Virus record (IMG/VR): IMGVR_UViG_3300036781_000813
Location: 2,095 to 66,094 of that record
Origin: a virus
Taxonomy: Duplodnaviria; Caudoviricetes
Strand: one strand, 5' to 3'
DNA length: 64,000 nt
Shown here: piece by piece, positions 1 to 8,122 of the stretch
Layout: each line of letters starts with the position of its first letter
Numbering within the stretch: the stretch's first letter is position 1
The notes under the pieces: generated by a model
What the model saw: the letters and a program-made list of their open reading frames with translations, nothing else
Told to the model about the DNA's origin: nothing
The model's database searches: none
Program-made: the position numbers and the translations under genes

Positions 1-146
1 TGGTGACGCAGGACCGGCATCGGCAGGTCGGGCACCTCGGCCTCGCACACCGGGCACTTGTAGGGCTTGGGCTTGTGCACCGGGATCAACGCGCGGAGGC
101 GGCCTTTAGGCTGCCGCTTTTCCGGCGAACATTTGTAAGGCCATGG

Positions 147-176
147 TTGACATGCGGTAAGGAATTGCCTTACATT
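147..176 (+). promoter_or_regulatory. Sigma70-type promoter and operator of higBA
   Basis: TTGACA(147-152)-N18-TACATT(171-176), overlapped by the palindrome GTAAGG-N5-CCTTAC (157-173). The ATG is 5 nt downstream, so the mRNA is probably leaderless. Confidence 0.7.
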
Positions 177-181
177 CCTTC

Positions 182-460
182 ATGATCGCGTCGTTCAAAC
201 ACAGGGCTCTGCAGCGCTTCTTCGAAACCGGGAAGCCCAAGGGCCTCAGCGTTCAGGATTATGGCCGGGTCGAGCGCATGTTGGCGACCCTCGATGATGC
301 TGAACGGTTAGAAGACATGAACGTTCCCGGCTATCACTTTCACCGCCTGACGGGCGATCAGAAAGGGCGCTATTCGATCCGGGTGACGGGCAACTGGCGC
401 ATCACATTCGGTTGGGACGGAGAGAACGTCACCGACGTAGACATGGAGGACTATCACTGA
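182..460 (+). CDS. higB: HigB toxin (RelE/ParE superfamily)
   Basis: MIASFKHRALQRFFETG...PGYHFHRLTGDQKGRYSIRVTGNWRITF...DYH, toxin-first gene order. Confidence 0.93.
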   Translation: MIASFKHRALQRFFETGKPKGLSVQDYGRVERMLATLDDAERLEDMNVPGYHFHRLTGDQKGRYSIRVTGNWRITFGWDGENVTDVDMEDYH

Positions 461-768
461 TGGCTACGACCAAGACGATCAAGCGCGGCCTGCGCGCCGT
501 GCACCCCGGCGAGATCCTTCGCGAGGACGTAATCCCCGCGCTCGGCAAGTCCAAGACCGAGATCGCCGCCCTGCTCGGCATCTCTCGGCAGACGCTCTAC
601 GATATTCTTGAGGGGAATCAGCCGGTCACCGCCGCCATGGCCGTCCGCATCGGCAAGCTGTGCGGCAATGGGCCTAATCTGTGGCTCAACCTTCAGAAGC
701 GCTTCGATTTGGAGCGCGCGGAGAAAGAGGTCGACGTGTCTAAGATCCCAACCCTGGAAGCGGCGTAG
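460..768 (+). CDS. higA: HigA antitoxin (HTH)
   Basis: HPGEILREDV...LGISRQTLYDIL...WLNLQ. The ATG overlaps the higB stop (TGATG) and has a GGAGG RBS. Confidence 0.93.
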   Translation: MATTKTIKRGLRAVHPGEILREDVIPALGKSKTEIAALLGISRQTLYDILEGNQPVTAAMAVRIGKLCGNGPNLWLNLQKRFDLERAEKEVDVSKIPTLEAA

Positions 769-802
769 TTCGCGCCGCCGAGGGCAAGGAGGCCCGCAAC
801 GC

Positions 803-1021
803 ATGGCGATATACGCTTTCTTCTCCGACGAACGACAGGCCAACGTCATGCCCGTGCTGGCGATGGCAGAGGTAATCTCGGGCTCGTGCAAGGGCGCGCG
901 ACTCTACCGAGCGCATGAGCATCTTTGGCAACTGTACATGCCGGACGGCGAGACAATCGACCTTGCTTATCCCGGGAGCGACATGCTCGTTCGCTGCCTC
1001 GACGTGAGAGCGGCCCAATGA
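803..1021 (+). CDS. Small hypothetical protein
   Basis: AGGAGG RBS before ATG803, ATGA coupling to the next ORF. Confidence 0.55.
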   Translation: MAIYAFFSDERQANVMPVLAMAEVISGSCKGARLYRAHEHLWQLYMPDGETIDLAYPGSDMLVRCLDVRAAQ

Positions 1022-1188
1022 CCGCCGCTGCCTTCCGCAAGGGCGATCCGGTGCTCATGTCCTACGGGTCCGCTCGCATCATGTCGGCCCCGGCCAAATT
1101 CGCCGTGAGCGGCCGCGTGGTCGACCGCCGCCACTACCGGCGCGGCTGGCACGAGGTAGCGTTGCGTTGGGAGGTCGACGCGCAATGA
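1018..1188 (+). CDS. Small hypothetical protein
   Basis: ATGA overlaps on both sides. Confidence 0.5.
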   Translation: MTAAAFRKGDPVLMSYGSARIMSAPAKFAVSGRVVDRRHYRRGWHEVALRWEVDAQ

Positions 1189-1583
1189 CAGGTGATCGTG
1201 ATCGCGCACGCTTCGGCGCTCACATCGTTGACGATACAGCCCACCACCAGCGAGACAGGGAACGCATGAGGCCGATCAATAGGATCGAGATCAACGCGAA
1301 GGCAGCCATGGCCAAGCACGGCTTGCGCCCCTTTGATGAGCCTATGGGCGATAGCCACCACACGGATGCGCCGTTCACGTCGGAGGATCGCGAGATCGCA
1401 GAATTGGCATTCTGGCTGGGGGGCCTCTTCATCGACAAGCAGGATGAATGCGATCCGTCGACCGCTCTTTACAAGAACACCTACTGGTACAAAGAGATGA
1501 CGTCGCTGGACGTATGGGCTCGCGTGGCTCGCGCTCTCCGCATCCATGGTTTGAAGATCGTGAACACACAAGGGGATCGGTGA
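1185..1583 (+). CDS. Hypothetical protein
   Basis: Coupled ORF with GGAGG upstream and protein-like composition. Confidence 0.6.
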   Translation: MTGDRDRARFGAHIVDDTAHHQRDRERMRPINRIEINAKAAMAKHGLRPFDEPMGDSHHTDAPFTSEDREIAELAFWLGGLFIDKQDECDPSTALYKNTYWYKEMTSLDVWARVARALRIHGLKIVNTQGDR

Positions 1584-1804
1584 CCCCCGCCGACCTCTTC
1601 GACCGCACCGGCCGCGCGCTCTATGGCGACCAGTACGTGGCACCGATGGCGGTGCTGCTCGATCTCGACAAGGGCGTCGTGCTCAAGATGCGCAACGGGA
1701 AGAGCGACATTCACCCGCCGACGTGGGTGAAGATCAGGGACGAAGCGGCGCGCCGGGAAAAGACGCTCGGGCTGCTCAAGGAAGCGCTTGAGACGATAAT
1801 CTGA
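1580..1804 (+). CDS. Small putative HTH DNA-binding protein
   Basis: GTGA-coupled. TPADLFDRTGRALYG...MAVLLDLDKGVVLKMRNG resembles small phage HTH proteins. Confidence 0.55.
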   Translation: MTPADLFDRTGRALYGDQYVAPMAVLLDLDKGVVLKMRNGKSDIHPPTWVKIRDEAARREKTLGLLKEALETII

Positions 1805-1875
1805 GGTGCGGGCCGAAACGCGGCGGGCAATCATCACGTCGCCAAGGCGGTGAGACGCGCAATCGGCGGGGAGCA

Positions 1876-2112
1876 ATGAGAAGAACGATTCAGAGAACGT
1901 TGCTGTCGGCGATATTCCTCGGCGGATGCCTGCTCGTCGGCGGCAAGCTGCGAGGTCCGGATTTCGATTTCGAGGACGGCTTTCAGGCGACCCTCTTGGG
2001 CGCCTTCGTGCTGGTCCTGATCTGGGGCATCGTCGAGTTGGTCAATATCGTTCGATGGCGGCTGAATGGTGGCGAGTTTCAGCAAAGAAGGCGCAGGCGG
2101 CGCCGGATCTGA
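1876..2112 (+). CDS. Small membrane protein (2 TM)
   Basis: Two hydrophobic segments, a basic C-terminal tail and a GGGGAG RBS. Confidence 0.55.
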   Translation: MRRTIQRTLLSAIFLGGCLLVGGKLRGPDFDFEDGFQATLLGAFVLVLIWGIVELVNIVRWRLNGGEFQQRRRRRRRI

Positions 2113-2146
2113 AACGCAAAATCCGCCCGGTGGTGAGCCGAGCGGG
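2112..2146 (-). terminator. Probable intrinsic terminator between convergent genes
   Basis: CCGCCCGG-N7-CCGAGCGG hairpin followed on the minus strand by ATTTTGCGTTT. Confidence 0.5.
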
Positions 2147-2149
2147 TCG

Positions 2150-2875
2150 CTACTGAACCCGAATCCAGCAGGCCAATCGCTCGGCCCATCGCCATGGCTG
2201 CAACTGGTAGAGATGTGCCGGCAGGCTCTTGGCGAACGGCGCAAGCGGGTTCGGTATCCCTTTCACGCTGGAGTTGGCCAGCGCGTCCCATTTTCCGCCG
2301 AACTTCTCGACGTGAACGGCCCCGAAGGGTGACGCGATTCCCCGCACGTCGCCGCGAGTGAAGAAACGCAGGTCGAAGATGGGATCTGTCTTGGCTTGCC
2401 GCTTGAACTCCGCGACGAGCCGCTCGTTCTCGCCGTTGTGGACGAGGGCCACGATCCATTTGCGCGCGACCCGCACCTGCTCTTTCAGCATCCGGACAAT
2501 ATCGTCGTCGTCCCTGAAATTGACGAACAGCCCGTTGTGAAACACGACGTCGAAGCTCTTATCGGGGAACGGCAGCGCGAAGGCGTCGGCCACCCGGAAC
2601 ATCCTGGCACGGTCGGGGAATCGACGCCCAAGCTCCTCGATGCACTTCGGAGAGAAGTCGGAGGCGACGACGCCTCGGTATCCCACGCGAGAAAGATAGA
2701 TGGAATCTCGCGCGCTTCCCGCCCCTACTTCGAGGATGCCGTCCGTGCGTCGTGGCAAGCGGGCGGCCATGTATTGGCCGGTCCTCGGCCGGGCGGAAAG
2801 GTAATCGGCGAGCTTGTGGGACCATGCGTCGTCCCAGAAGGCCGAGGTGGTCAGTGCGGCGGTCATCATCGGCAA
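2150..2875 (-). CDS. Class I SAM-dependent methyltransferase (moron)
   Basis: ILEVGAGSAR motif I, ASDFS, ADAFALPFPDKSFDVV. Confidence 0.88.
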   Translation of the reverse strand: MPMMTAALTTSAFWDDAWSHKLADYLSARPRTGQYMAARLPRRTDGILEVGAGSARDSIYLSRVGYRGVVASDFSPKCIEELGRRFPDRARMFRVADAFALPFPDKSFDVVFHNGLFVNFRDDDDIVRMLKEQVRVARKWIVALVHNGENERLVAEFKRQAKTDPIFDLRFFTRGDVRGIASPFGAVHVEKFGGKWDALANSSVKGIPNPLAPFAKSLPAHLYQLQPWRWAERLACWIRVQ

Positions 2876-2960
2876 GCTAACGGATCAGGACCGCTGTCGC
2901 CGGGGAATCTCCGCAAGATGTTTCCGGCTTTCGATCCACCTATGGCGCGGGCCCTGAAAC

Positions 2961-3030
2961 AAAAAAGGCCGCCACCCGGTTGAGGATGGCAGCCAAGTCG
3001 TTTGGGGAGGAAACGCCCATACGGGCATAC
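2961..3030 (-). ncRNA. suhB/MmgR (alpha-r8)-like small RNA including its terminator
   Basis: Minus strand: GCCC-GTAT-GGGC hairpin, GTTTCCTCCC core, GACTT, then the hairpin GGCTGCCATCC-N6-GGGTGGCGGCC followed by TTTTTT. Confidence 0.65.
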
Positions 3031-3082
3031 AGCGGGGCGATACGCTGCCCTGCTACGGCGACCGGGTGGCCGCCGATTTCGG

Positions 3083-3472
3083 CTATCCGCCCGCGCCGCC
3101 CACCAGCGCGCAATAGAAGTAGCCTTGCCGCTCGCAGATGTGGCCGGTGAGCGGGACCTTGTTCATCGTGTCGGGCAACACGGCGTAGGCTGGCACGGCA
3201 ATCGTCTTGCCGGCGATGCGCGTCCAGACGTTGCCCCGGTCATCGCGCCACACGGCGCCCGGCCGACAATCGCCCTCGGTGCCATCCTCCGAGCCGTTGC
3301 AACACGAATAGCCGGAGTTCGTTTTCAGGTCCCGGTACCAATCGTGGTTCTCGGCATGGCCGTGATTGCGTATCCCGTCCTGTGCCCGCACCGGTCCGGT
3401 GCACTTCACGGCCACTGCCAGGATCATCGATCCGAGCGCGATAGCGGCGATGACGCGGTCGGAGGACATCAT
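3083..3472 (-). CDS. Secreted Cys-rich hypothetical protein
   Basis: N-terminal hydrophobic segment, then HDWY...SCCNG...DCRP...HIC...YC pattern. Confidence 0.7.
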   Translation of the reverse strand: MMSSDRVIAAIALGSMILAVAVKCTGPVRAQDGIRNHGHAENHDWYRDLKTNSGYSCCNGSEDGTEGDCRPGAVWRDDRGNVWTRIAGKTIAVPAYAVLPDTMNKVPLTGHICERQGYFYCALVGGAGG

Positions 3473-3684
3473 GTCGGCGGCTTCCAACCGCAAAGACGTT
3501 CGCCGGTCTCGTCATGGTTCACGATGGCGAGCCACGTCGCGCCCGCGAGCTTGTCGGCCGGGTCCATGTAGATCGGCTGGGCGATCTGACAGAAGGTGTC
3601 AGCCACCGCCGGCTGGGCGCGTCCATTTTCGGCGCAGCTGGTCACGCTGATCATCGCCAGCAGCAGCAATATCTGCCTGAACAT
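3469..3684 (-). CDS. o-spanin (Rz1-like) lipoprotein
   Basis: Lipobox ISVTSC, FCQIAQPI...LCGW. Overlaps the 3' end of the i-spanin candidate. Confidence 0.75.
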   Translation of the reverse strand: MFRQILLLLAMISVTSCAENGRAQPAVADTFCQIAQPIYMDPADKLAGATWLAIVNHDETGERLCGWKPPT

Positions 3685-3856
3685 CCTTGGCCTCCTTCAC
3701 CTTGTCGTCTGCGGCCTGCAGGTCGGCCTTCGCCTGTTCAGTTCGGCCGGCTTTGTTGGCGTCACGGATCGCGAACCGCTGCAGGAACCAGTTCACGGCA
3801 GCACCGGCTATTCCGCCGATGCCGCTACCGATGGCGCTCCCGACGATGCCGGACAT
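3599..3856 (-). CDS. i-spanin (Rz-like)
   Basis: N-terminal TM segment followed by a coiled coil, overlapping the lipoprotein gene. Confidence 0.7.
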   Translation of the reverse strand: MSGIVGSAIGSGIGGIAGAAVNWFLQRFAIRDANKAGRTEQAKADLQAADDKVKEAKDVQADIAAAGDDQRDQLRRKWTRPAGGG

Positions 3857-4083
3857 CAGGCTGCCGGGGCTGGCGCGGCGGGATCCTTGTTGAGCTGCGC
3901 CGTCAGCGCGTCGAGCTCGGCATTGACGGCCGTCCACTGATCGACGGTCGGGTCGGTCGCGCCCGACTGCACGGCGGCGGTGACGCGGGCGATGAGCCCT
4001 TCGATCTGCACGCCCGCGGCGATCAGGCTGGGCAGCAGGGCGATGACCTGCGCCAAGATAGCGATGATGGCGGTGGCTTCCAT
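3856..4083 (-). CDS. Small membrane protein in the lysis cassette
   Basis: Hydrophobic N-terminus, coupled to its neighbours. Confidence 0.7.
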   Translation of the reverse strand: MEATAIIAILAQVIALLPSLIAAGVQIEGLIARVTAAVQSGATDPTVDQWTAVNAELDALTAQLNKDPAAPAPAA

Positions 4084-4085
4084 GA

Positions 4086-4478
4086 TCAGGCTCCCTTCCT
4101 GGGTGCATAGATGGCGAGGATGGCTTGGAGCGCCGAGACGGCATTGGTGGCACCCAACACGACGGCTGCCTTTGTGTCGGCCGTGACGGTCGGGTCGCGC
4201 ACCGTCTTCTCCGCGGCGTCGAGCGTGGTTCGCGCGGCGTCATTGGCCTTGCGGATGGCTCCCACGGCGGATTGGTCGGAACAGACCGGCGGAGAGGTTG
4301 GCGCGCCACAGCGCGGCAGGTTGTTGTAGGTGACGGCGCCGATCAGCGCCGCCTCGTAGGCATTCTTCGCCGCATAGACGGACGATGCCGACGATGGTCC
4401 CTGCTGACCGCACGCGGCAAGCAGGACAACGACAAGCACCAGCGGCGATGCAAGGAGGGAGCGTCGGAAGATGTTCAT
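4086..4478 (-). CDS. Lipoprotein in the lysis cassette
   Basis: MNIFRRSLLASPLVLVVVLLAAC lipobox. Confidence 0.75.
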   Translation of the reverse strand: MNIFRRSLLASPLVLVVVLLAACGQQGPSSASSVYAAKNAYEAALIGAVTYNNLPRCGAPTSPPVCSDQSAVGAIRKANDAARTTLDAAEKTVRDPTVTADTKAAVVLGATNAVSALQAILAIYAPRKGA

Positions 4479-4480
4479 GG

Positions 4481-4789
4481 TCAGGAAGCCTTCTGGACGG
4501 TTGGAAGATTGGAGTTGGTCGCGGCCCGCGCGGCACCGCCCGTGGCATTCGGGGAGATGGCGATCGCATCCACGCCCGGAACGGACGCAGCGGCAGCGAT
4601 GGTGTTGTGATCGGTATGGGTCACGAGGCCCCACACGAGGCTGATCAGTGGCGGCAGGACGATCAGCGCCGTTGTCAGGACGTCGTTGATGGTCCCGGCT
4701 TCCATGCCGGCATTGGCGAGCAGGCCCGCGACGGGGCCGCCAGCGGCAAGCAACACACGCAACAGGGAATTGATCTGGTCTTGGTTCAT
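4481..4789 (-). CDS. Putative holin
   Basis: Two TM segments, immediately downstream of the endolysin, GAGGA RBS. Confidence 0.65.
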   Translation of the reverse strand: MNQDQINSLLRVLLAAGGPVAGLLANAGMEAGTINDVLTTALIVLPPLISLVWGLVTHTDHNTIAAAASVPGVDAIAISPNATGGAARAATNSNLPTVQKAS

Positions 4790-4810
4790 GGTTGGTCCTC
4801 TCAAAATGGG

Positions 4811-5356
4811 CTAAGGAGCGAGCGCCGCGAGAAACGCGCGGTGGATGTCCGCAATCTCTTCCGCGCGGTCGGTGCCGTTGATCACGCGCCGGGCGTTCAC
4901 CGGGTCGTCGGTCGTCGCGTTGAAGTAGCTCTGCAGGCCCTTCCCGGTGAACAGGCCGCCCTTCATGCCTTCGAACATGATCAAGGCGGCAATCTTGGGA
5001 TCGAGCGCGAGTTCGGGATGGTTGACCAGATCGCAACCGGTCAGCGCCGCCATCTTCGCGTAGTTGGTCGCCCAGGTGAGTTGGCACAATCCGCGTCCGT
5101 AGTAGACGTGGCCGTTGATCGCGACGCCGTACGGTCGCCCGCGCCCTTTGCCGATCTCCTCGATCGGCTGCATGGTGTGCGCCGTCTCCCACTTCGCCGT
5201 GGCCAACATGTAGGCGAGCCAGCGGATATCCTTGAAGTCGGCACGGGACTCCCAGCCGTCGAGAATGGCGTTGCAGCCGTCGACCTGACCCGGTGCCAAC
5301 GAACCGGCGAACGGTGTGATGCGGGCGCGGCCGAAGAATTTGTCGCGTTCGATCAT
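4811..5356 (-). CDS. Endolysin, glycoside hydrolase family 19-like
   Basis: LAYMLATAKWET...YYGRGLCQLTWATNY...ARRVINGTD. Confidence 0.9.
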   Translation of the reverse strand: MIERDKFFGRARITPFAGSLAPGQVDGCNAILDGWESRADFKDIRWLAYMLATAKWETAHTMQPIEEIGKGRGRPYGVAINGHVYYGRGLCQLTWATNYAKMAALTGCDLVNHPELALDPKIAALIMFEGMKGGLFTGKGLQSYFNATTDDPVNARRVINGTDRAEEIADIHRAFLAALAP

Positions 5357-5601
5357 GGATTGCCCCGCTTCTCGCGCCACTCCTCGAGCTTGCCGATGCG
5401 GCGCTCGTGATCTTCGAGCCGGGTGCCGTAGCTTCCGGTGATCTTGCCAAGCTCGACCTGCAGGGCGTTAACGGCTCGGCTGGTCTCACGCACACTGTCG
5501 TAGACGCCGTATGAGAGGACGCTAAGCAGCGCGAGGCCGACGCTGTAGATCGTGCGCCAGGCAAGCGTGCCGTTGCCCTCTTTCCGGGGGAACTCGCTCA
5601 T
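5353..5601 (-). CDS. Single-TM coiled-coil protein heading the lysis cassette (holin or antiholin-like)
   Basis: TM segment, then LEDHERRIGKLE. ATGA overlap with the endolysin. Confidence 0.65.
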   Translation of the reverse strand: MSEFPRKEGNGTLAWRTIYSVGLALLSVLSYGVYDSVRETSRAVNALQVELGKITGSYGTRLEDHERRIGKLEEWREKRGNP

Positions 5602-5675
5602 GTCGCACACGACATCGTTGATACAGGCGCGAGCGACCAGACGGCCCATCCCTGCTCTATGATCGGTTCAGCCAT
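5598..5675 (-). CDS. Putative 25-aa leader peptide
   Basis: GAAGGAG RBS, MAEPIIEQGWAVWSLAPVSTMSCAT. Its stop overlaps the next ATG (ATGA). Confidence 0.35.
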   Translation of the reverse strand: MAEPIIEQGWAVWSLAPVSTMSCAT

Positions 5676-5867
5676 TCGCCCGCTCCTTCATTGAGCTGGT
5701 GGGTGGTCAGGCTCGGGGCGTTAGTGCCGCTATCGCTCCGGGCCGCTTGCATCGATTCTCATCACAACCCCGGTCCCGCAGCCGAAGAGTCACGGGCAGT
5801 GGACGCGCTCCGACTGCGGGCGCCGGGGACCGCCGGAGCGGTTTTCTCGGGAGTTACTTGCGGGCGA

Positions 5868-6851
5868 TCAGGGAACGACGGGCGCGCCCTTGATCTTGCG
5901 GCCGCTAATCGTGATGAAGCCGCCATTGCCTTGGGCGCTGAACACGATGGGGTATGTCGTTCCGGGCGAGACTGACACGCCGGAATGGGTGGTGGTCGCC
6001 GGTCGGGTTGCAAGGCCGCGATTGGACAGCGAGTTGTTAGGCGACGGTGGCGTGTAGCTCGATCCGTTCCAGGTAAAGCCGAATCCGGTCAGGGCGCCGC
6101 CAGCAAAACCGAAGACATAACGGCCGTTGCTCTGGATGCTGGCGTTGTTCGGATCGCCCGCATATAGCGGCAGATGAAGCGTCGCCCCCGGATCGTTAAA
6201 ATACAGTCCCTGCGGGATGTTGGATGAAGGCGGATTCGTCGGCGCATTGCCGAAGGTCATGGCGCCAGTGCCGGCCCACGCTTTTCCGCTCGGCGGCCCC
6301 GGAAAATACAAGGACTGAAGAATCAGGGAGCCGATGACCGACATTCCTTGCGGGTCTTCATAGGTGCTGCCGTCGTTGCTGAAATAAGTGAAGTTGGGGC
6401 CGACCTTCTGCCACTGCGGGTTCGTGTTGTCGTACGGGAAGAAGGCGTTGCTCTGCAGGTCCGGTGCCGCGCCGCTGCTTGGCGTGTTCGACAGCCATTT
6501 GTAATTGAGCGCCGGCGGGTAGGCAGTGAACGGAGAGACGGTGGTGAACCGCCGCGTCGTCGATCCGTTGTTGCCCGCGATGGCGGTGTTGATCGTGTTG
6601 TAGATCTGATCCAGCGACGTACCGTCATAGGGATTCGTCGCGGGCGTGCTGCTGCCTTGCGTGGCGGGTGTCACAGCCCCCAAGCTCATGAAGGTAATCG
6701 AGACGACGCCGTCACTGTTGCCGAACCGGCCTTGCCCGACGAGGTCTACCCTGGTGCAGCCGGCCGGCATGACGAAGTTGACGCTGTGGTTGTAGGTGAC
6801 CGTGAAATCTTCATACAGAAGACCAGCAAGGCGGGGCCACGGGTAAAGCAT
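5868..6851 (-). CDS. Tail fibre-associated or receptor-binding protein
   Basis: G/S/T/N/P-rich, FVMPAGCTRVDLVGQG...VSVSPGTTYPIV motif, directly after the fibre gene. Confidence 0.65.
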   Translation of the reverse strand: MLYPWPRLAGLLYEDFTVTYNHSVNFVMPAGCTRVDLVGQGRFGNSDGVVSITFMSLGAVTPATQGSSTPATNPYDGTSLDQIYNTINTAIAGNNGSTTRRFTTVSPFTAYPPALNYKWLSNTPSSGAAPDLQSNAFFPYDNTNPQWQKVGPNFTYFSNDGSTYEDPQGMSVIGSLILQSLYFPGPPSGKAWAGTGAMTFGNAPTNPPSSNIPQGLYFNDPGATLHLPLYAGDPNNASIQSNGRYVFGFAGGALTGFGFTWNGSSYTPPSPNNSLSNRGLATRPATTTHSGVSVSPGTTYPIVFSAQGNGGFITISGRKIKGAPVVP

Positions 6852-6856
6852 CGCGA

Positions 6857-8113
6857 TCAAGCCGCCGGCAGGAAGCTGCAGGAGAACACCGGCGTCACGG
6901 CGTCGACGCAGAGCATGGTGATCAGGTCCCACTTGTTGGCGCCGGTCGAGAAGGCCGGAGCGCCTGCCGCACCGAAGTTGAAGCAGGACGGTAGCGTGGT
7001 CGTGATTCCACCGGGACCCGAATTGATGCGCAGGCTGTAGGTAATCCCTTCCTGCGGATTGAGCGGCACCGCAAAGGTCCGGGTCGTTCCGGTCGTATAG
7101 GTGACCTTGGCGTTGTAGCCGGTGGTCATGTTCCACGCGATCGACGTGGCATCGGTCAGCGTGATGAAGGCGGCGGAGGCCGCTAGAGCACCGGGCGACA
7201 CGATCAGGTTGCTGGCCGTTCCCGCGCGGATATCGTTGGCCGTGGCACCATTGCCCTGGACCGTGCCCGTGGTCGTGATGCCGCCGCCGGGCGACGTGCT
7301 CAGAAACGACCCGGCGCTGACATTGGTGACGCTGCCGCTGCCGCCCGTCGTCGCGCTGAGCTGGCCCGAACCATTGATTGTGATCGAGGTGCCATCCGGG
7401 CGGACGATGCCGTTTGTGGAATTGGTCGCCACGCCGCCATTGGACGCCGCCGTGATGATGCCCTGCGCGTTGACCGTCAGGTTCGTGAACTTGTAGCTGC
7501 CAGCGGTGACGCCGGAGTTCGGCAGGGCGACGGCGGCGGTGTTGCGCACCCAAACCGCGCGACCGCCGCCTGAGGCAGGGCCCGTCGACGTGCAGACCCA
7601 GAAGGCGTTGTTGACCGAATCCCACAGCATCGACTTCGTGATGCCGAGAGCACCGAACGCGACGCCTGCAACGTTCCCATTGGGATCACCGGCGTAGGTC
7701 GTGCCGTAGCTGATCTTCTCCCAATTGGCGGGGCTGCCGCCGTCCGGATCGGTCGTGTTGTTGTCGGCCGTCGAGAGCCACCACACCGCGCTCCCGGCGG
7801 TCGCAGAGGGCAGCAGGGCGCCCTTGGGGTAGCCGCTGTTCGTGGACGAGAACGGAGAGTTGTACGGGATGGGCCCGCCGGCGGCGATCCAGCGCAACCA
7901 CGTCGTGGCATCGAACAGGATGCCGTTCATGTCCGCGCCAAAGGGCGGGATGCCGCCGCCGGCGATCGGAATGAAGTTGATCGACCCGAAACCCTGCGTG
8001 AAAGAGGCGCGGCCGGGCGTCGTCGTCGTATCGGGAATGACGGCGCGATAGGTACCACTCGCGCTTTGTGCAAACGCGATGGTGATCCGGCTCGGGATGT
8101 CAGTGGACTGCAT
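6857..8113 (-). CDS. Tail fibre protein
   Basis: Baseplate-anchor N-terminus ASFTQGF...GGIPPFGADMNGILF...GYPKGA followed by a Gly/Thr-rich shaft. Confidence 0.85.
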   Translation of the reverse strand: MQSTDIPSRITIAFAQSASGTYRAVIPDTTTTPGRASFTQGFGSINFIPIAGGGIPPFGADMNGILFDATTWLRWIAAGGPIPYNSPFSSTNSGYPKGALLPSATAGSAVWWLSTADNNTTDPDGGSPANWEKISYGTTYAGDPNGNVAGVAFGALGITKSMLWDSVNNAFWVCTSTGPASGGGRAVWVRNTAAVALPNSGVTAGSYKFTNLTVNAQGIITAASNGGVATNSTNGIVRPDGTSITINGSGQLSATTGGSGSVTNVSAGSFLSTSPGGGITTTGTVQGNGATANDIRAGTASNLIVSPGALAASAAFITLTDATSIAWNMTTGYNAKVTYTTGTTRTFAVPLNPQEGITYSLRINSGPGGITTTLPSCFNFGAAGAPAFSTGANKWDLITMLCVDAVTPVFSCSFLPAA

Positions 8114-8122
8114 GCAGTCGCC

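Noticed and set aside
1-110. Minus-strand CPVC-containing reading frame running off the left edge
   Set aside because: Incomplete and without a clear start, so it cannot be assigned.
4086-7625. ORF-track entries of 492 aa (4086-5564) and 585 aa (5868-7625)
   Set aside because: Upstream extensions overlap real genes in other frames. The true starts are near 4478 and 6851.
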